DNA of 63,512 nt, the filler included, from Chrysochromulina tobinii (lineage: Eukaryota), in NCBI GenBank assembly GCA_001275005.1. It is 8 parts of 8 records of this genome, joined end to end, with 100 filler letters (N's around TTAATTAATTAA, not from the genome) between each part and the next. Parts side by side here need not be neighbours in the genome. Positions count along the whole stretch, not along the records: positions 18,782 to 35,866 come from JWZX01000636.1; 7 more parts are not named here. One strand, given 5' to 3'. A program made the position numbers and the translations under genes. How positions within the stretch are numbered: position 1 is the stretch's first letter; each line of letters begins with the position of its first letter. Positions 22,600 through 33,461 of this stretch are shown here, piece by piece. The notes under the pieces are model-generated. The model was not told where the DNA came from. It ran no database searches and saw nothing but the letters and a program-made list of their open reading frames with translations.

Positions 22600-23528
22600 T
22601 GAAGTCGCTCAAAGTATGAAGTCGAGCGAGCTCCGCTCCCACAGGAACTGGTGCTGCAATCATCTGCGCCACAAGAACCGAACCTGCCTCAGACTGTGCG
22701 CATCTGCATGTGCGAGGCGGGCCAAGCGCATGTTTATTGTGTTGCGGCCGTGTGACGGTTTTCCTGACGTGAGTTCGGTTGCGTTGACCTTTGTGCTTTT
22801 CGTGTGGCGTTGCTTGCCTATTGGTGTGAGTGTCGTATGTTGACACTCAGTTTGAAATCAGGCGAGGGTATGAGGATTCTTTGTGTGTGCAAAATCCCGC
22901 TTCCCGGATTTGAGACCGCGATCCGCGTTCCGACCGTCCGACGTCCGTCGTGTTTTTTTTTACGTTAATAAGAATTATAGTAATCGAGTATCCCTCCCGC
23001 GCGTAACCCCCTCCGCCACCTCGCCCTCCCTCGCCCCTGTTCGCCCTTGGGGCGGTGTAAGCTCGGCGGTAACGGAACGCGACCCGGACTCTTGGGACTC
23101 GGGACTGACCCTGACGGCGCATCATCACGACCATCCACCTGAGACGTGAGAGTCTTTGTTTCCGCGGTTTCCGAATACGTTTTCTCCGTTTTAACCGACT
23201 CGGGTCACACCCGACCTGTGTGTGGACGAGAGTGACTCAGACTGAGCCTACACCCTTTCAGCCTTTCTCAGACGCTAGAACACCCGCCGCGGCTCGAGGG
23301 ACGAGGGGCAGGTGAGAGAGCAGAGGCGCCTATAAACCGGTGACGTGTTGCACGCCGGTGTGAAACGAGATCCGACAAAATTTTCGAACTCCCGCAATGC
23401 GGGACCCCACTCGACTTTTCTCGCGGCCGCGCCGCGTTCAGATGCGTGAGTCCCATTGAAGGTGAGCGTCCCGGACCTTGACGACTCATCCTTCGCCTAG
23501 GCTTTACTAACGACCCGCATTCATTCAT

Positions 23529-23792
23529 TTGTCGGAAAGCGACGCGCTTGGTTTCACCCTGGCATGCAACACGTCCGGTCACGCTCGGGCGTCGGGGATG
23601 GCTGTCATGCTTGGCGGCGCTGCAGTACTTTGGCGAGTTGTTATGCACCGCTCCCCTTCTATCTCACCTGCGGAATCGGAGTTCTACGGTTTGAGCACGT
23701 GCGTGTGCGAGACCCTACATGTTCGTCAGTTGATGGAGGAGCTTGGGCACGTCTTCACGGCCGCGACCCAGATTTTCTGCGACTCTCGCGCC
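23529..23792 (+). mobile_element. Ty1/copia LTR retrotransposon RNase H fragment (relic)
   Basis: SGMAVMLGGAAVLW...SPAESEFYGL...RQLMEELG...TQIFCDSRA matches the copia RNase HI pattern. Truncated at both ends. Confidence 0.8.
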
Positions 23793-24734
23793 GATCGGGT
23801 TACATGTTGTAGGCGGTACTGGCCCAGGTGGAGGTAGTGGCCATGGCGGCGCGTCTGGCATGCGCATCGGCAGCACCTCTTCTTCAAACTGGCCGTCGAT
23901 GAACGCCTCGAAAGTACCGTCGTCCTCGTGGTAAGCCAGCCTCAGCCCTTATGGTTGTGTGCGACCTACTCCAGCTCGGCCTTGAACATTGGCCTGGTGG
24001 CAACAGCGTCCAAGAGGGCTTGCATTGCAGCGATGCCAATCCCGCTCCGGTTGCTTCTCGTCGAGGACCGCGACGCTGAGCCCAGCCACGGCCTCACATG
24101 ATGTTTGAAATGCGGACTCAAGCCCCGGGTCAACAACAGCAGCTGCGGCGGCCATTTGAAGACCTCGAGTCGCGGGAGGCTTCCGCGGGTCGATCTTGGT
24201 TGATGTGTTGTAGAGGATAGAGTAGGAGGCCGAGAGACTTCCACGCTACTATGAGAGAGCAGTGAGAGAGAAGAGTGCAAAGCAGAAGAGAGTTTTCCTG
24301 AAAGCGAACCTACTCAGCACACGGAGACACACATCTCCCCCGTATGGAAATGACATTAACGATACACATAATTGCATGTAAGTTCAGTACACGCACAGTT
24401 CCTCCCAGCTGTACGTTCCTCCCAGCTGTACGTTCCTCCCAGCTGTCCGTCAGCAGGCATCCCCCCCTGCCCCCAGGGCTTAATCAGGGCGCACCCGATT
24501 AATTAATCACCGAACATCCCTTTGCTTCCTCCCCTAGCTGTGTGTTAGAAATCAGCAAAATGATCACACAGATACAACCACACACAGTGAGTTTCGCAAC
24601 ACTGTAAAACTGTAAACAAGAAAACCCACTCACATTCTCTCTTGATTTTGCTGACCAATTTTCCGTGAAAAGCCCACAACGTGGTCAAGGAGCGTGGTCT
24701 GGGCGCCGACGTGGTCGAGGCCGAGACCGACGGC

Positions 24735-27700
24735 ATGGGCAGAAAGAAGAAGCATAAGCATTCGAATAGAGGGCGTCACAACAACCTTGAGGGCGTGCAG
24801 AAGATCCAGAACAAAAAGAGCAAGCAGATGTTGAAGACAGCAGCGAATGCAGTGATGGAGTTTGATCGCGACATGCAGAAGAAGGTGGCCACAGCAATCC
24901 AGTTGAATCGCCCTCACGACATCGAGTCGCTTCTCATGCTTCTCGAGCCTACCAGCACCAGGGGGACCGGTGTCGTCTCGACGATCAAGAAGGTCTCAAC
25001 CATCACCAACGCCTTCAAGGTGCTCATCGCTGGTGGCCGGATGACCTCGGCAGCGAACTTGCTGCAGAGGTGCCAAGCAGCCGGGGCGGGTACACTGCCG
25101 TTGGTTGATGTCGTTCGAGCATTTGACGCGCTACTGCAGACACCACCGCCGTCGGTAGAGGAAGTATTGGATGCGGCTCAAGCCGCCGCTCGGTCTGTAG
25201 CGGGGCGTGATGTTTCGGAGGCGTGGCTCCGAACACAGTTGAGCCTCGTTCTGCTAGAGTGGCTGGCCGACGCGCAGGCCCGGCACACGGCACGAGAGCG
25301 CGGCCTCGCATCTGCTCTTTCGAGCGGATCGGCGGTCGAGGGCTTCGCGCGCCTTCGTGGAAATGGGAAATTGATCGAACTCTCGAGTTCGTCAACGAGT
25401 TCGTCTCGCTTTGCCGTGCGCACGGGCGATACGCTCGGCCTCGCTGTGCTTTCAGATCCGACCCAGCCGGCTGCCGCCCTGGTGGGGACGTATCCCCCCA
25501 ACGTCGCTCGGGCACTCACGGAGGCCGAGGTTGTCAGCGTGCACAGCGGCGTGATCACGCTCAAGTTTCCAGACGGCTCGACAGCGGCGGGTGAGGACTT
25601 CCCACAGGGCTGCCGGCTGGTGGCCCATGTGCTTGCGACGCGCGTCAACTTAGGTCGCCAGCTGGCAGCGGTAGCGTCCGTCGCGGCGGCGTCCCAAGCT
25701 CACCGCCGTGGCGACGCGTGGGCGCACCCGACGGCGACGCTGGGCGCGATCATTACGGCGTCTTCTGATGGCCTCTCGCGTGCATCCATTCGGTCAATGA
25801 GCATGCAGCCGTGGGACGGCAGCGGCAGCAGCGGGTCACACGGCAGTAGCGAACTACCGCCGGCAGTTGTTGATCATCCTGAGGAAGTACTGAGAAAGTA
25901 CGGCGACGCCACCGACGATGAGGATGGCGAGGAGGATGACGAGGAGGATGGCGAGGGTGACGAGGACGACGACGAGGAGGAGGCAGCTGAGGACGAGGAC
26001 GACGCGGCGGAAATGGACGGTGACGAGGACGAGCGATTGCCGCGTTCTTCCGACGCCTGCCGGCCCCAGGTTATCGCGAATCCAATGTCTAGGTTGGAGG
26101 CGGAGGCGGAGGCGGAGGCGGCGAGAGTGCACGCGTACCGGTACGAGGACCTTTCCCGCGAGTTCAATGAGAGTCAGTGCATCGCCATCCGCGCCGCGAC
26201 GACAGAACGCCGCTCCCTCACTCTGATCCAAGGGCCGCCGGGCACGGGCAAAACACGCACCGCGCTCACAATCCTCGAGGCGTGGCTGCGCGGTGGCGCC
26301 TTCCGGCCGGGCACCATCCTCGCCGCATCCGACTCGAACATCGCCGTCGATAACTTGCTGGAGGGCCTCGCGCGGCGGTGCATTCGTGTGGTGCGCCTCG
26401 GACGTGTGGATGCGGTGCGCGAGGACCTTCGCCACTTCATGCCGCCCCGCGAGCTGCGCGGGGTGGTGCTCTCGCCAGAGCAGTACAACAAAGAGCTCAA
26501 GCGCTGCCTCGCACAGGCCGAGGTCGTCTGCTGCACGACCATGAGCGCCGGCTCGAGCACGATGATGAAGGGTCTCACCTTTGAGGGTGTGCTTGTCGAC
26601 GAAGCGACGCAGGCGACCGAGGCCTCGACGCTCGTCGCCCTCATGCGTGGTGCACGCCAGCTTGTGCTGCTGGGCGACCAGTGCCAGCTGCCACCCACGA
26701 CACTCTCGCGTGCGCCTCCCGGCACGAGCCTCGACGCCTCGCTGTCGCTCTTCACGCGACTCGTGCACGACGGCGTGCCCCCCTTGATGCTCGACACGCA
26801 GTACCGTATGCACCCGGCGCTCTCGCAGCTCCCTTCGGACCTCTTCTACGGCGGCCGGCTGCGTGACGGCACCCTCGCCCATGAGCGTGCCGCGCTTGAG
26901 GGGTTCCCGTGGCCGCGCCCCGACGTGCCTGCCGCACTCATCCCTGTCGAGGGCGCAGCGGCCGGCGGGGGCGAGATCACACGCGGCACCTCGTTTGTCA
27001 ACGTGGGCGAGGCGGATGCGGTCGTGTGGGCCGTGCGCCACCTGCTCGGCAGTCGTACGACGCGGCCAGGCGACATTGGCATCATCTCGCCGTACGCGGC
27101 GCAGGTGCAGTTGCTGCGCAGCCGAGCTGAGCTACGCGGCCTTGAGGTCAACTCCATCGACGGCTTCCAGGGGCGCGAGATGGAGCTCATTATCGTGAGC
27201 ACCGTGCGCACGCGAGGGCTTGGCTTCATGGCGGACGCGCGCCGTGCCAACGTGGCGCTCACGCGCGCGCGGCGGGGCCTCATCGTCGTGGGCGCGCCCT
27301 CGCATCTCGCGCGCACCGACTCAGCCTGGGCTTTTTGGGTTCGGTGGGCACGCGCACGCGGCGTCGTGCTGGGCGAGCAGCCGCACGGCGAGTACGATGC
27401 TGCGCACGCGCGTGAGGCCTCGGAGACGATCTTTGCGGCGACAGGAGGTGGTGTGGCCGACGCATTGGAGGTGGACGTGGACGCACGCCGCCTCACGCCG
27501 CCGGTGGCGGCGTCGACCTTGCTGCTGCCGCCGCCGCCTTCGCAAATGGAGCTGCAGCCGCCTCCGCCGCCATCACGCCCGCCACCCCCACCGCCTCCGC
27601 CGCCCCCGCCCCCGTCCTCTCGGGCGAGGATGGAGACTCGACAGGTGCCTGCTGCGGCCGATCGCGCGGTGGCCCCGCCGGCCATCTGCCACAGTGCTCC

Positions 27701-28295
27701 CTTGCCCGTGCCGGCCGCGGCCCTGGAGGCGATCGCAAGACTCAACCGTAGGGCGCTTGAGGCTTCAGGCACCGTCGGTACCGCGGACGCCGGGCCGATG
27801 AGTAAGGCAGCTCGAGTGGGCCCTTCGCAGCCTAATGTCTTTGAATCAGCGAGGCAGGAGGCGGCGGCGCGTAAACTAGCCGCGCTGCGGGCAGATGCCG
27901 CGAAGGATGTGGCCGCCGGCACCCCCCTCCTACACAATGTGCACGCCTTGTGGGGGGCGCCGCCAGCACCGCCGCCGCCGCCCGCTCCGCCGCCGCCACA
28001 CGCCCCGCCGACGCCCGCTCCGCCGCCGCCGCCGCATCCTGCACCGCCACTGCCGCTCGCCCCGCCGCCGTGGCACCCGCCGCCGTGGCAGCCTCCGCCG
28101 TGGCAGCCTCCGCCGTGGCAGCCTCCAGCTCCCGCGCCGCCGGCACCAACCGCACTGCCCGTGCCCGCGCCGCCTGTGTATCCGGTGATGGAGGACGAAC
28201 GCACGGCGGCATGGGCGGCGTGGTTTGCGGAGCAGCAGAGGCAACAAGCATGGGCACAATACCACTACGCGACGACGGACTTGGCACCGCAGTGA
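24735..28295 (+). CDS. Upf1/DNA2/NAM7-like SF1 helicase with acidic linker and Pro-rich C-terminus
   Basis: QGPPGTGKT, SNIAVDNL, VDEATQ, GDQCQLPP, QYRMHP, ISPYAAQV, DGFQGRE and NVALTRAR. No UPF1 CH domain is visible. Confidence 0.92.
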   Translation: MGRKKKHKHSNRGRHNNLEGVQKIQNKKSKQMLKTAANAVMEFDRDMQKKVATAIQLNRPHDIESLLMLLEPTSTRGTGVVSTIKKVSTITNAFKVLIAGGRMTSAANLLQRCQAAGAGTLPLVDVVRAFDALLQTPPPSVEEVLDAAQAAARSVAGRDVSEAWLRTQLSLVLLEWLADAQARHTARERGLASALSSGSAVEGFARLRGNGKLIELSSSSTSSSRFAVRTGDTLGLAVLSDPTQPAAALVGTYPPNVARALTEAEVVSVHSGVITLKFPDGSTAAGEDFPQGCRLVAHVLATRVNLGRQLAAVASVAAASQAHRRGDAWAHPTATLGAIITASSDGLSRASIRSMSMQPWDGSGSSGSHGSSELPPAVVDHPEEVLRKYGDATDDEDGEEDDEEDGEGDEDDDEEEAAEDEDDAAEMDGDEDERLPRSSDACRPQVIANPMSRLEAEAEAEAARVHAYRYEDLSREFNESQCIAIRAATTERRSLTLIQGPPGTGKTRTALTILEAWLRGGAFRPGTILAASDSNIAVDNLLEGLARRCIRVVRLGRVDAVREDLRHFMPPRELRGVVLSPEQYNKELKRCLAQAEVVCCTTMSAGSSTMMKGLTFEGVLVDEATQATEASTLVALMRGARQLVLLGDQCQLPPTTLSRAPPGTSLDASLSLFTRLVHDGVPPLMLDTQYRMHPALSQLPSDLFYGGRLRDGTLAHERAALEGFPWPRPDVPAALIPVEGAAAGGGEITRGTSFVNVGEADAVVWAVRHLLGSRTTRPGDIGIISPYAAQVQLLRSRAELRGLEVNSIDGFQGREMELIIVSTVRTRGLGFMADARRANVALTRARRGLIVVGAPSHLARTDSAWAFWVRWARARGVVLGEQPHGEYDAAHAREASETIFAATGGGVADALEVDVDARRLTPPVAASTLLLPPPPSQMELQPPPPPSRPPPPPPPPPPPPSSRARMETRQVPAAADRAVAPPAICHSAPLPVPAAALEAIARLNRRALEASGTVGTADAGPMSKAARVGPSQPNVFESARQEAAARKLAALRADAAKDVAAGTPLLHNVHALWGAPPAPPPPPAPPPPHAPPTPAPPPPPHPAPPLPLAPPPWHPPPWQPPPWQPPPWQPPAPAPPAPTALPVPAPPVYPVMEDERTAAWAAWFAEQQRQQAWAQYHYATTDLAPQ

Positions 28296-28467
28296 CCACG
28301 GACCCGTGCACATCGGCGTGTTTTGACGACCCCCTGAGTGGAACCTGGAATCTCTGAGGCATTTTAGATGGATCCAAAACAAACATTTTGCACAAAAAGT
28401 TGGCCCCAAAAGCTGGGACACCAAGGTGGTGGACTCAGCACGAGCGACGCGACGCGTCAGTCCGCAT

Positions 28468-29967
28468 ATGTCTGATATCGTTGAACGTTTAGGCACCGTA
28501 TGGACGCCATGGCGGCAGCGGCCCGAGGCCCTGGAGGCTGGAAAGCCCATCTACCGCGGCTATGGTGAACACGACATGGCGGCCCTGCCGGAAAAGTACC
28601 GCAGTCCCAATGGCAGCCCAACGCGCTCGCGACCAACTGTGGAAGACTACCAGCCAGTCTCTTATCAGAGCTCTGCTGAGAGCTGGGCGGGCGGTGGCAT
28701 GTGGTCGGGCGGCAAGCACAACGCGGAACCGGCAAGCAGACCGCGTCCCATCGGAAAGAACCTCGGTGCCGTCTTGCAGGCGGTGGAGAAGCGTGCGGTG
28801 ACACCGCCCGTCGAACGAAGGCCAACAGTGACCGCATTGACGGCCCAGCCGTCGGGTGCCCTCGAAGATATCGATGAGACCCATGAGACTGCCGCGCCGG
28901 CAGCCGCGCCGCTCTCGTCGGTGTTCGTGGTGCCGGGCACCATGGCGGTGTTCATGGAGCCCTCGACGTCAAGCGCTTCGTTGCCAACGCGGGCCATGTT
29001 CGTGGCCAGCGCGGAGGAGGAGGCGAATCAACCGCTCATGCTGCGACGTGAGAGTGATGTGATGGAGGAGGAGGGTATCAAGGCGGCGGCGCAGGTGAAG
29101 CGCACAAAGTCTTCATCTAAGGTGGTCAGGGACGATGCGTGGATGGACAAGTCGTACGCCGCACCACCGGAACCCTTCCCTCCGAAAGGCTTCGAGAAGG
29201 TCCTCGGCTCGTGCTGTGCAATCTCGTGTATCCTGCTTCTCATCTTCGGAGCTGTCGGCGGGCCTGTCGCCCAAAACTCGCCTCTCGAGGGCATCTACAA
29301 GCCCTTCCACGCCATTGACGAGATCCTCGTGGATGTGGTCACGCAGAACCCGTTCTCCCCACCATTGCCACCCTCACCGCCGCCGCCCTCGCCGTCACCG
29401 CCGCCGCCGTCACCGCCGCCACCACCCTTGCCTCCACCGCCCTCGCCGTCACCGCCACCGCCGTCGGTGCCGCCGCCACCGCCCTTGCCGCCACCACCCA
29501 GCCCGCCGCCGCCCTCGCCGAAGCCCAAGCCACCGCCGCCCTCGCCGTCCCCTGTACCGCCGCTGCCACTGCCGCCACCTTCGCCTGCACCTGACCCGCC
29601 GCCATCTCCGTCGCCGCCGTCACCGCCTTCGCCGCCGCCGCCCCCTTTTCCGCCGCCGATCACCTGCGCCGATCCCGAGGCAGAGGCCACGCTGCGTGGC
29701 TCAACTCTCGAGCTCACGTTCTGCTCGTGCCCGGGCGCGATGGCCGATGCCGACCACAATGGGCAAGGCACACTGACGACCTTTAGCATGTGCTCACTCG
29801 ACATCCAGAAGCTGCTGCTCCTCAACCACCTGCTGCCGCAGGACTGCACCCCTTGCCTGCAGGGCAGCGACGCGTGCCTCAAGTGCGGCGTATCCGCGAA
29901 GACCCTCGCCGGAAGGCGCCTCGCTTCTGGGCGCCATGACGGGCGCGAGTATGGGGCGCCATCGTGA
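28468..29967 (+). CDS. Single-pass membrane protein with SPPP/extensin-like Pro-rich stalk and Cys-rich tip
   Basis: TM segment VLGSCCAISCILLLIFGAVGG, then ~110 aa of SPn repeats and a multi-Cys C-terminus. Confidence 0.7.
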   Translation: MSDIVERLGTVWTPWRQRPEALEAGKPIYRGYGEHDMAALPEKYRSPNGSPTRSRPTVEDYQPVSYQSSAESWAGGGMWSGGKHNAEPASRPRPIGKNLGAVLQAVEKRAVTPPVERRPTVTALTAQPSGALEDIDETHETAAPAAAPLSSVFVVPGTMAVFMEPSTSSASLPTRAMFVASAEEEANQPLMLRRESDVMEEEGIKAAAQVKRTKSSSKVVRDDAWMDKSYAAPPEPFPPKGFEKVLGSCCAISCILLLIFGAVGGPVAQNSPLEGIYKPFHAIDEILVDVVTQNPFSPPLPPSPPPPSPSPPPPSPPPPPLPPPPSPSPPPPSVPPPPPLPPPPSPPPPSPKPKPPPPSPSPVPPLPLPPPSPAPDPPPSPSPPSPPSPPPPPFPPPITCADPEAEATLRGSTLELTFCSCPGAMADADHNGQGTLTTFSMCSLDIQKLLLLNHLLPQDCTPCLQGSDACLKCGVSAKTLAGRRLASGRHDGREYGAPS

Positions 29968-30566
29968 GCGGGCCCGCCACGGCGCGCGGGCGAGTATCAG
30001 CTCTTCCCTCGGATTCATCGCTATGTGAAGAGGCCACGCGTGTGGAGGGGCTGAGGGACAACTTCACGGCAAATTGAGGAAGCGCAGGGCCGGCCGCTTC
30101 GGTGGAAGGAGCGTGTATGGCCGACGGCGCATCGTCCTCAACTTGATCCTCAACTTGTGACGTGTCGCTCCATGCCCCACACGCGACACGGCGATATGGT
30201 ATGCCGTTATCAGGTGTAGTATCTGACTCTCACGAATGAGAGAGAGGCGCCGCGGGCAGCTCCGCCGCGGGCCTCCCGGTCCCCGCCGGCCCGCCGGCGC
30301 GCGTAAAAGCAACCAGCCAAGGGTGATGTCAACGTAATTCAAATCGTCGTTTACGTCTAACGTCAAAATCGGTCGTACGCGTGCCCGCGCGGGACGTACA
30401 CGGTGGCAAAAACGAATCGTCCCCGGGACGCGGGGAACGGAAACGTCAGCACGCGTCGCCGCCCGGCGCGGCGCCGCCGGGGGCGGCGGGCCCCGGCCGT
30501 CTCGACCGGCCGAAGACCGGCCGTCGACGGCCGTCCGGCACGCCGCCGCCGCGCCCGCCTTCGGGA

Positions 30567-31940
30567 CTAAAAAGGTGATAAGAGCGCAACTGCTGGGGTG
30601 TCCGCCGCCGGCGGCGGCCGCGCTCGGCGGACGTCGGGAGTGCCGTACATGTCAAGGGAGGCGTTTGGCATCGCCTCGGCCAGTGTGGACATCGGCGTCA
30701 GCACCTGCCGGTGCTCGCGAAGCATCGATTTGTACACAAAGTCTGTCTGGTACGCGGTGCCGTGCTCAAAGATGCGCGTGGCGCTTGGGCGCGCCTTGCC
30801 AGCAGGTGTCAGAGCCGTTGCGACCGCGGCAAGCAGCGTAGGGTCGAGCGGGGTCCCCGCCAGAGAGAGTCTCTGAAGCGAGTTGCTGCGCGACGCAGCC
30901 TCACGCAACGCCTCGGCGGCGGCGACGCCGATGGGGTTGAAGGCGAGGTCGAGGTTGGTGAGGCTGCCCAGGGCGGCGCGGTGCATCAGAGCGGAGGCGA
31001 GCATGACACCGCCTGGGTTGCCTATCTCACACGACTGCAGCAGCAGCGTCTGCAGCGCACGCGACGCTTTGAGCGCGTCCGCTAGCGAACCAGCGCCCAC
31101 GTCACGCACAGCATTGTGTGAGAGGTCGACAAGCGTGAGGCGCAGGTGCACGGCGATCACCTCGGCCACGAGCGACGTGCCCGCCGCACCCAGACCCGTC
31201 TTGGCCAGCCGCAGCTCGCGAAGAGCCGGGTGGCCGAAGAGCGCAGCGCACAGCCGCTGGGCACCTGTGTCGCCCAGCGCAGAGTACTCGGAGAGCTCGA
31301 TCGTATTCGGCTGGCACTTGGGCAGCGCCAAGAGAAGCCTGTCCAGGCGCTGATGATTGGTTGGCGGCAGCATCGCCGCCGGATGTGCCGCTGGGACCTC
31401 TCTCCACTCTCCCTTATTGGCGATCACGGTCAGATAATGGGGCTTAAGGTCGACGTCCCACATGTTGTATTTGTGCGCCACCTCCGGTAGACCATACATT
31501 CTCTCTACCTTGACACGCCGGCGGTCGTTCTGAAGCTCGCCACAGGGTGCCCACACTGCCGGCAGCTGCACCTGCACAGCCACATCGCACATGACGACAG
31601 GGCCGGTCGGCCCACCCGCGAGCCACGTCCCGAGAGGGCCGAGCGAAAGCTGTGAATCGTGTGCGCGAACGTCCCTGAAATACGCCATGTGATCCATCGA
31701 CACGGCGTTTGTTACCCATGGCAGCTGACACTGGCAACCAAAGTCAGCTGTGGACGAGGATGCCTTGGAGGGCTGCGGTGTCGAGACAGGCACTGATTCG
31801 ATCCGCCGCCGAGTGCTCTCCGGTATGCCGAGCTCTTTTCGCGTGCTCTCGGGTACGCACTTCCCTATGCACTTTTTGAGCGCACGTTGAAGATACGACT
31901 CCATTATGGGTTTGCTCAACTCCGGTACTTGGCGCTCCAT
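30567..31940 (-). CDS. Leucine-rich-repeat protein (RNI-like, NLRC3/RanGAP-type LRRs)
   Basis: ~28-aa repeats including LTLVDLSHNAVRDVGAGSLADAL, LQTLLLQSCEIGNPGG and LTNLDLAFNPIGVAAA. Confidence 0.85.
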   Translation of the reverse strand: MERQVPELSKPIMESYLQRALKKCIGKCVPESTRKELGIPESTRRRIESVPVSTPQPSKASSSTADFGCQCQLPWVTNAVSMDHMAYFRDVRAHDSQLSLGPLGTWLAGGPTGPVVMCDVAVQVQLPAVWAPCGELQNDRRRVKVERMYGLPEVAHKYNMWDVDLKPHYLTVIANKGEWREVPAAHPAAMLPPTNHQRLDRLLLALPKCQPNTIELSEYSALGDTGAQRLCAALFGHPALRELRLAKTGLGAAGTSLVAEVIAVHLRLTLVDLSHNAVRDVGAGSLADALKASRALQTLLLQSCEIGNPGGVMLASALMHRAALGSLTNLDLAFNPIGVAAAEALREAASRSNSLQRLSLAGTPLDPTLLAAVATALTPAGKARPSATRIFEHGTAYQTDFVYKSMLREHRQVLTPMSTLAEAMPNASLDMYGTPDVRRARPPPAADTPAVALLSPF

Positions 31941-32315
31941 TTTGCGTCGCGACTCAAAATGCCCACGACGGCGTTTCTAAGTTTTCGCAAATGTGGACTG
32001 TACGTTCATGTACCTATCAGTACGTCGTCGAGATTGACCACGCCAATCTCAAATGACCGTGAGCCCTGAGTCCTGAGCCCTGAGTACAGTCACACGCCGG
32101 GACACTCAAAGGGGCTCACCACCGACACATCAGTCATCACACTGACGTGTGACAGCAGCAGGGCTGTTACACCTCTAACAACATCCGGGGACCTGGCATC
32201 TGAGCTTGACCTGAGGTGGAGAAACGCTATCCACACTCGAACGGCCGAAGGTCCGAGTGAAACTGTGCCCCCTCCACGGCCGCTCAGCGTGCGGAGCCTG
32301 GGCGGGTGAGTCCGC

Positions 32316-33326
32316 TTAATTCGCAAAGTGCTTGGCGATCAGCACGTTTGCCTCCGTCGACTTAGCGACGGCGATGCTTACTGAGCCGAGGGCGTGCCCG
32401 TGCGGCTTGACGAGCTCTGCCGAGTTGAGGATGATCAAATCTGCTAGGATCTCATCCTTATCGCAAAACTCGACGATTGCTTTATCAATCGGGCTCTTGC
32501 CAGGAGCCTCGAGGTGGAAGGTGTACGCTGGGCCCTGCTTCGCCGCCTCCGAGGTCCAGTAAGTTTTCGTCGACTCTGTGTACGAGGTGGTTTTGATGTT
32601 GAGCAGGGCGACCTTATCCTTCGGGTTATGGAGCTTCACCGCCATGTCCAGTGTTTTGTTGGCGCCCGCGCTCGAGTTCGGGTCAGTCACGGCAGCCACG
32701 ACCGACATAGCCCCTATCGAACCTGGATCGCGCCGACGGTTGAAAAAGTCTTCGCGTTCGAGGACCCCATATGCCTTTGGCTTCGTGATGATGACCGGCA
32801 CCTTACATTTGGCCATGCACTCAAGTGCGACAGAGCCCGTCATTGCGGCGGGCGTCGTCTTCTTCTTCAGCTTCCACTCCTCCTCGAGGCGCATGCCACC
32901 CGCGCCCATGACCAGCATGCCGCCCTTGTCAGCCGCAGCCGCCGAGCAAAGCGTCTCGGCCAGGGATTTGCCTGTCTGGATCTCGAGCACCTCCGCACGG
33001 TCGATGTTCATCTGAGGAAAGCAGCCCTCCTTCAGCATGGTCTCGGCATTCTTGAGCAGCGCGTTCGCTTGCGTCGCATCGAGTTTTCCAGTGCGCACGA
33101 TGACCATTTTGACCTTGTCACCGGCCCTGACGTCACAGAAACAGGCTGCCAGCTTAGCAGCGCGGAAGCCCAGTTTGGAGCCGTCGATCGCGACGACAAA
33201 CTTCTTCGGGAGAATGGTCTTCACAGTAGATGTGTTGCCACCCAAGCGCATGAGCTTCATCGTGGCGCCCACACTCGCCACCGCAGTCGTACTCGCGGCT
33301 GGTTGGGCTTCTGACAAGGCGTCCAT
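32316..33326 (-). CDS. Tandem universal stress protein (USP) domain protein
   Basis: KFVVAIDGS, LVMGAGG, GSVALECMAKCKVPVII, and a second domain ending LGSVSIAVAKSTEANVLIAK. Confidence 0.8.
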   Translation of the reverse strand: MDALSEAQPAASTTAVASVGATMKLMRLGGNTSTVKTILPKKFVVAIDGSKLGFRAAKLAACFCDVRAGDKVKMVIVRTGKLDATQANALLKNAETMLKEGCFPQMNIDRAEVLEIQTGKSLAETLCSAAAADKGGMLVMGAGGMRLEEEWKLKKKTTPAAMTGSVALECMAKCKVPVIITKPKAYGVLEREDFFNRRRDPGSIGAMSVVAAVTDPNSSAGANKTLDMAVKLHNPKDKVALLNIKTTSYTESTKTYWTSEAAKQGPAYTFHLEAPGKSPIDKAIVEFCDKDEILADLIILNSAELVKPHGHALGSVSIAVAKSTEANVLIAKHFAN

Positions 33327-33461
33327 TCTGGGCAGCAGAGGTGCCGGTCGTCGGCACTGAACGGATGCGCGCGCGCCGTTCTGGGCATCAAATCTGATCC
33401 TAATGGAAAAGTTAGCTCCTCGTCAATTATATGACAAATAATGTAGAAATACTAATGGGCG

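Noticed and set aside
22838..23260. TG...CA-bounded segment as a possible solo LTR beside the copia fragment
   Set aside because: No target-site duplication, second copy, PBS or PPT could be verified.
24735..28295. Calling the helicase UPF1
   Set aside because: It lacks the N-terminal Cys/His-rich domain, so only family-level assignment is supported.
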